The notes under the pieces are model-generated. The model ran no database searches. It saw only the letters and a program-made list of their open reading frames with translations, and had not been told where the DNA came from. This document shows positions 17,704 through 18,566 of a stretch of DNA of 18,566 nucleotides, piece after piece. Made by a program: the position numbers and the translations under genes. The DNA comes from Candidatus Ratteibacteria bacterium (GTDB lineage: Bacteria > Ratteibacteria > UBA8468 > B48-G9 > DTJG01): positions 1 to 18,566 of the forward strand of contig JBMFLH010000037.1 of assembly GCA_049971295.1 (NCBI GenBank). The letters run 5' to 3'. How positions within the stretch are numbered: the first letter of the stretch is position 1; each line of letters opens with the position of its first letter.

Positions 17704-18566
17704 TTTAAGACCTCCCTGACTCCATCAATAATGCTTTCAACAGATGGTATTGCGAGTTTTTCGAGATTTGGTGCTTTTGGCATTGGTACGTCTGCGCCTG
17801 CCACCCTTTTTATTGGTGCATCAAGATAATCGAAGCATTCTTCCACAATGGTCATTCCTATTTCTGCTCCTGCACCTGCTGTTTTTGTGTCTTCCTCAAC
17901 GATTACGACTCTATTTGTTTTCATGACGGATTTTTTTATGGTTTGCTTATCAAGTGGAAGGAGCGTTCTTAAATCCACAACTTCCACGCTAATACCTTCC
18001 TTTTCAAGAATTTCTGCTGCCTGAAGCGAAAACAGGAGCATTCTTGAATACGTGAGAATCGTAACATCACTTCCCTGTTTTTTTATGTCAGCAATCCCGA
18101 TAGGTGTTAAATAATCTCCTTCAGGCACAGGTCCTTTTGTATTGTAGAGCATTTTATGTTCAATGAAGACAATAGGATTATCCTCACGTATGGAGCTTTT
18201 CAAAAGACCTTTTGCATCTGCGGGCGTAGCAGGCATTACAACTTTGATACCAGGGATATGCATCAACCATGCTTCAAGGCTTTGTGAATGATGCGCGCCA
18301 AGAGTTCTTCCTGCACCGCCCTCTGTTCTGATTGTCAGGGGAACTTTACACTTTCCTCCGAACATATACCTAATTTTGGCAACCTGGTTGTTTAACTGGT
18401 CCATACACAGACCAATAAAGTCAATGTACATAATTTCAACCACAGGCCTCATCCCGAGCAGCGCAGCGCCAAGTCCGGTGCCGACGATTGCTGCCTCAGA
18501 TATTGGTGTATCTCTGACTCTGTCTTCGCCGTATTTATTCATCAGTCCTGCTGTGACGCCGTATGC
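17700..18566 (-). CDS. TPP-dependent 2-oxoacid/acetoin dehydrogenase E1 beta subunit (PdhB/AcoB-like), 5'-truncated by the window edge
   Basis: RVRDTPISEAAIVG, RPVVEIMYIDF, GAHHSQSLEAW, IPGIKVV, DAKGLLKSSIR, EVVDLRTLLPLD, YLDAPIKRV. The frame continues to the window end (AYGVTAGLMNKYG). Confidence 0.95.
   Translation of the reverse strand, partial: AYGVTAGLMNKYGEDRVRDTPISEAAIVGTGLGAALLGMRPVVEIMYIDFIGLCMDQLNNQVAKIRYMFGGKCKVPLTIRTEGGAGRTLGAHHSQSLEAWLMHIPGIKVVMPATPADAKGLLKSSIREDNPIVFIEHKMLYNTKGPVPEGDYLTPIGIADIKKQGSDVTILTYSRMLLFSLQAAEILEKEGISVEVVDLRTLLPLDKQTIKKSVMKTNRVVIVEEDTKTAGAGAEIGMTIVEECFDYLDAPIKRVAGADVPMPKAPNLEKLAIPSVESIIDGVREVLK

Noticed and set aside
1..18566. Remaining 60-123 aa alternative-frame ORFs; also CRISPR arrays, tRNA/rRNA, IS elements, prophage or defence genes
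   Set aside because: The small ORFs overlap well-supported genes and lack motifs. There is no intergenic space or repeat-spacer structure for RNA genes or arrays, and no transposase, integrase or nuclease motifs were recognised.

Overview
AT-rich bacterial window that is almost entirely coding: 16 genes and only about 120 bp of intergenic DNA. From left to right: a radical SAM/SPASM gene (+, probably starts upstream of the window) converges on a two-gene minus-strand unit of a GH63/MGH1-like (alpha/alpha)6 glycoside hydrolase and a URO-D/MtaA-fold protein. A 107-bp spacer carries divergent sigma70-type promoters and a perfect palindrome. A plus-strand operon follows (prepilin-like DUF1559/H-X9-DG protein fused to four Ig-like repeats, yfcE, cinA, mltG). 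It converges on a long, tightly coupled minus-strand operon: E1-beta, E2, cysE, 5xLysM-NlpC/P60, DUF4432/mutarotase-like, gatB, S41 protease, divergent polysaccharide deacetylase, tsaD. I saw no RNA genes, CRISPR arrays or mobile elements. Most genes are housekeeping. The best candidates for something new are the pilin-like H-X9-DG protein with an Ig-like stalk (apparently leaderless and with a candidate operator) and the glycosidase plus URO-D-like pair with an HxH motif. The H-X9-DG family suggests a PVC-affiliated or similar lineage, which is inference only. All assignments come from motif recognition; no searches were run.
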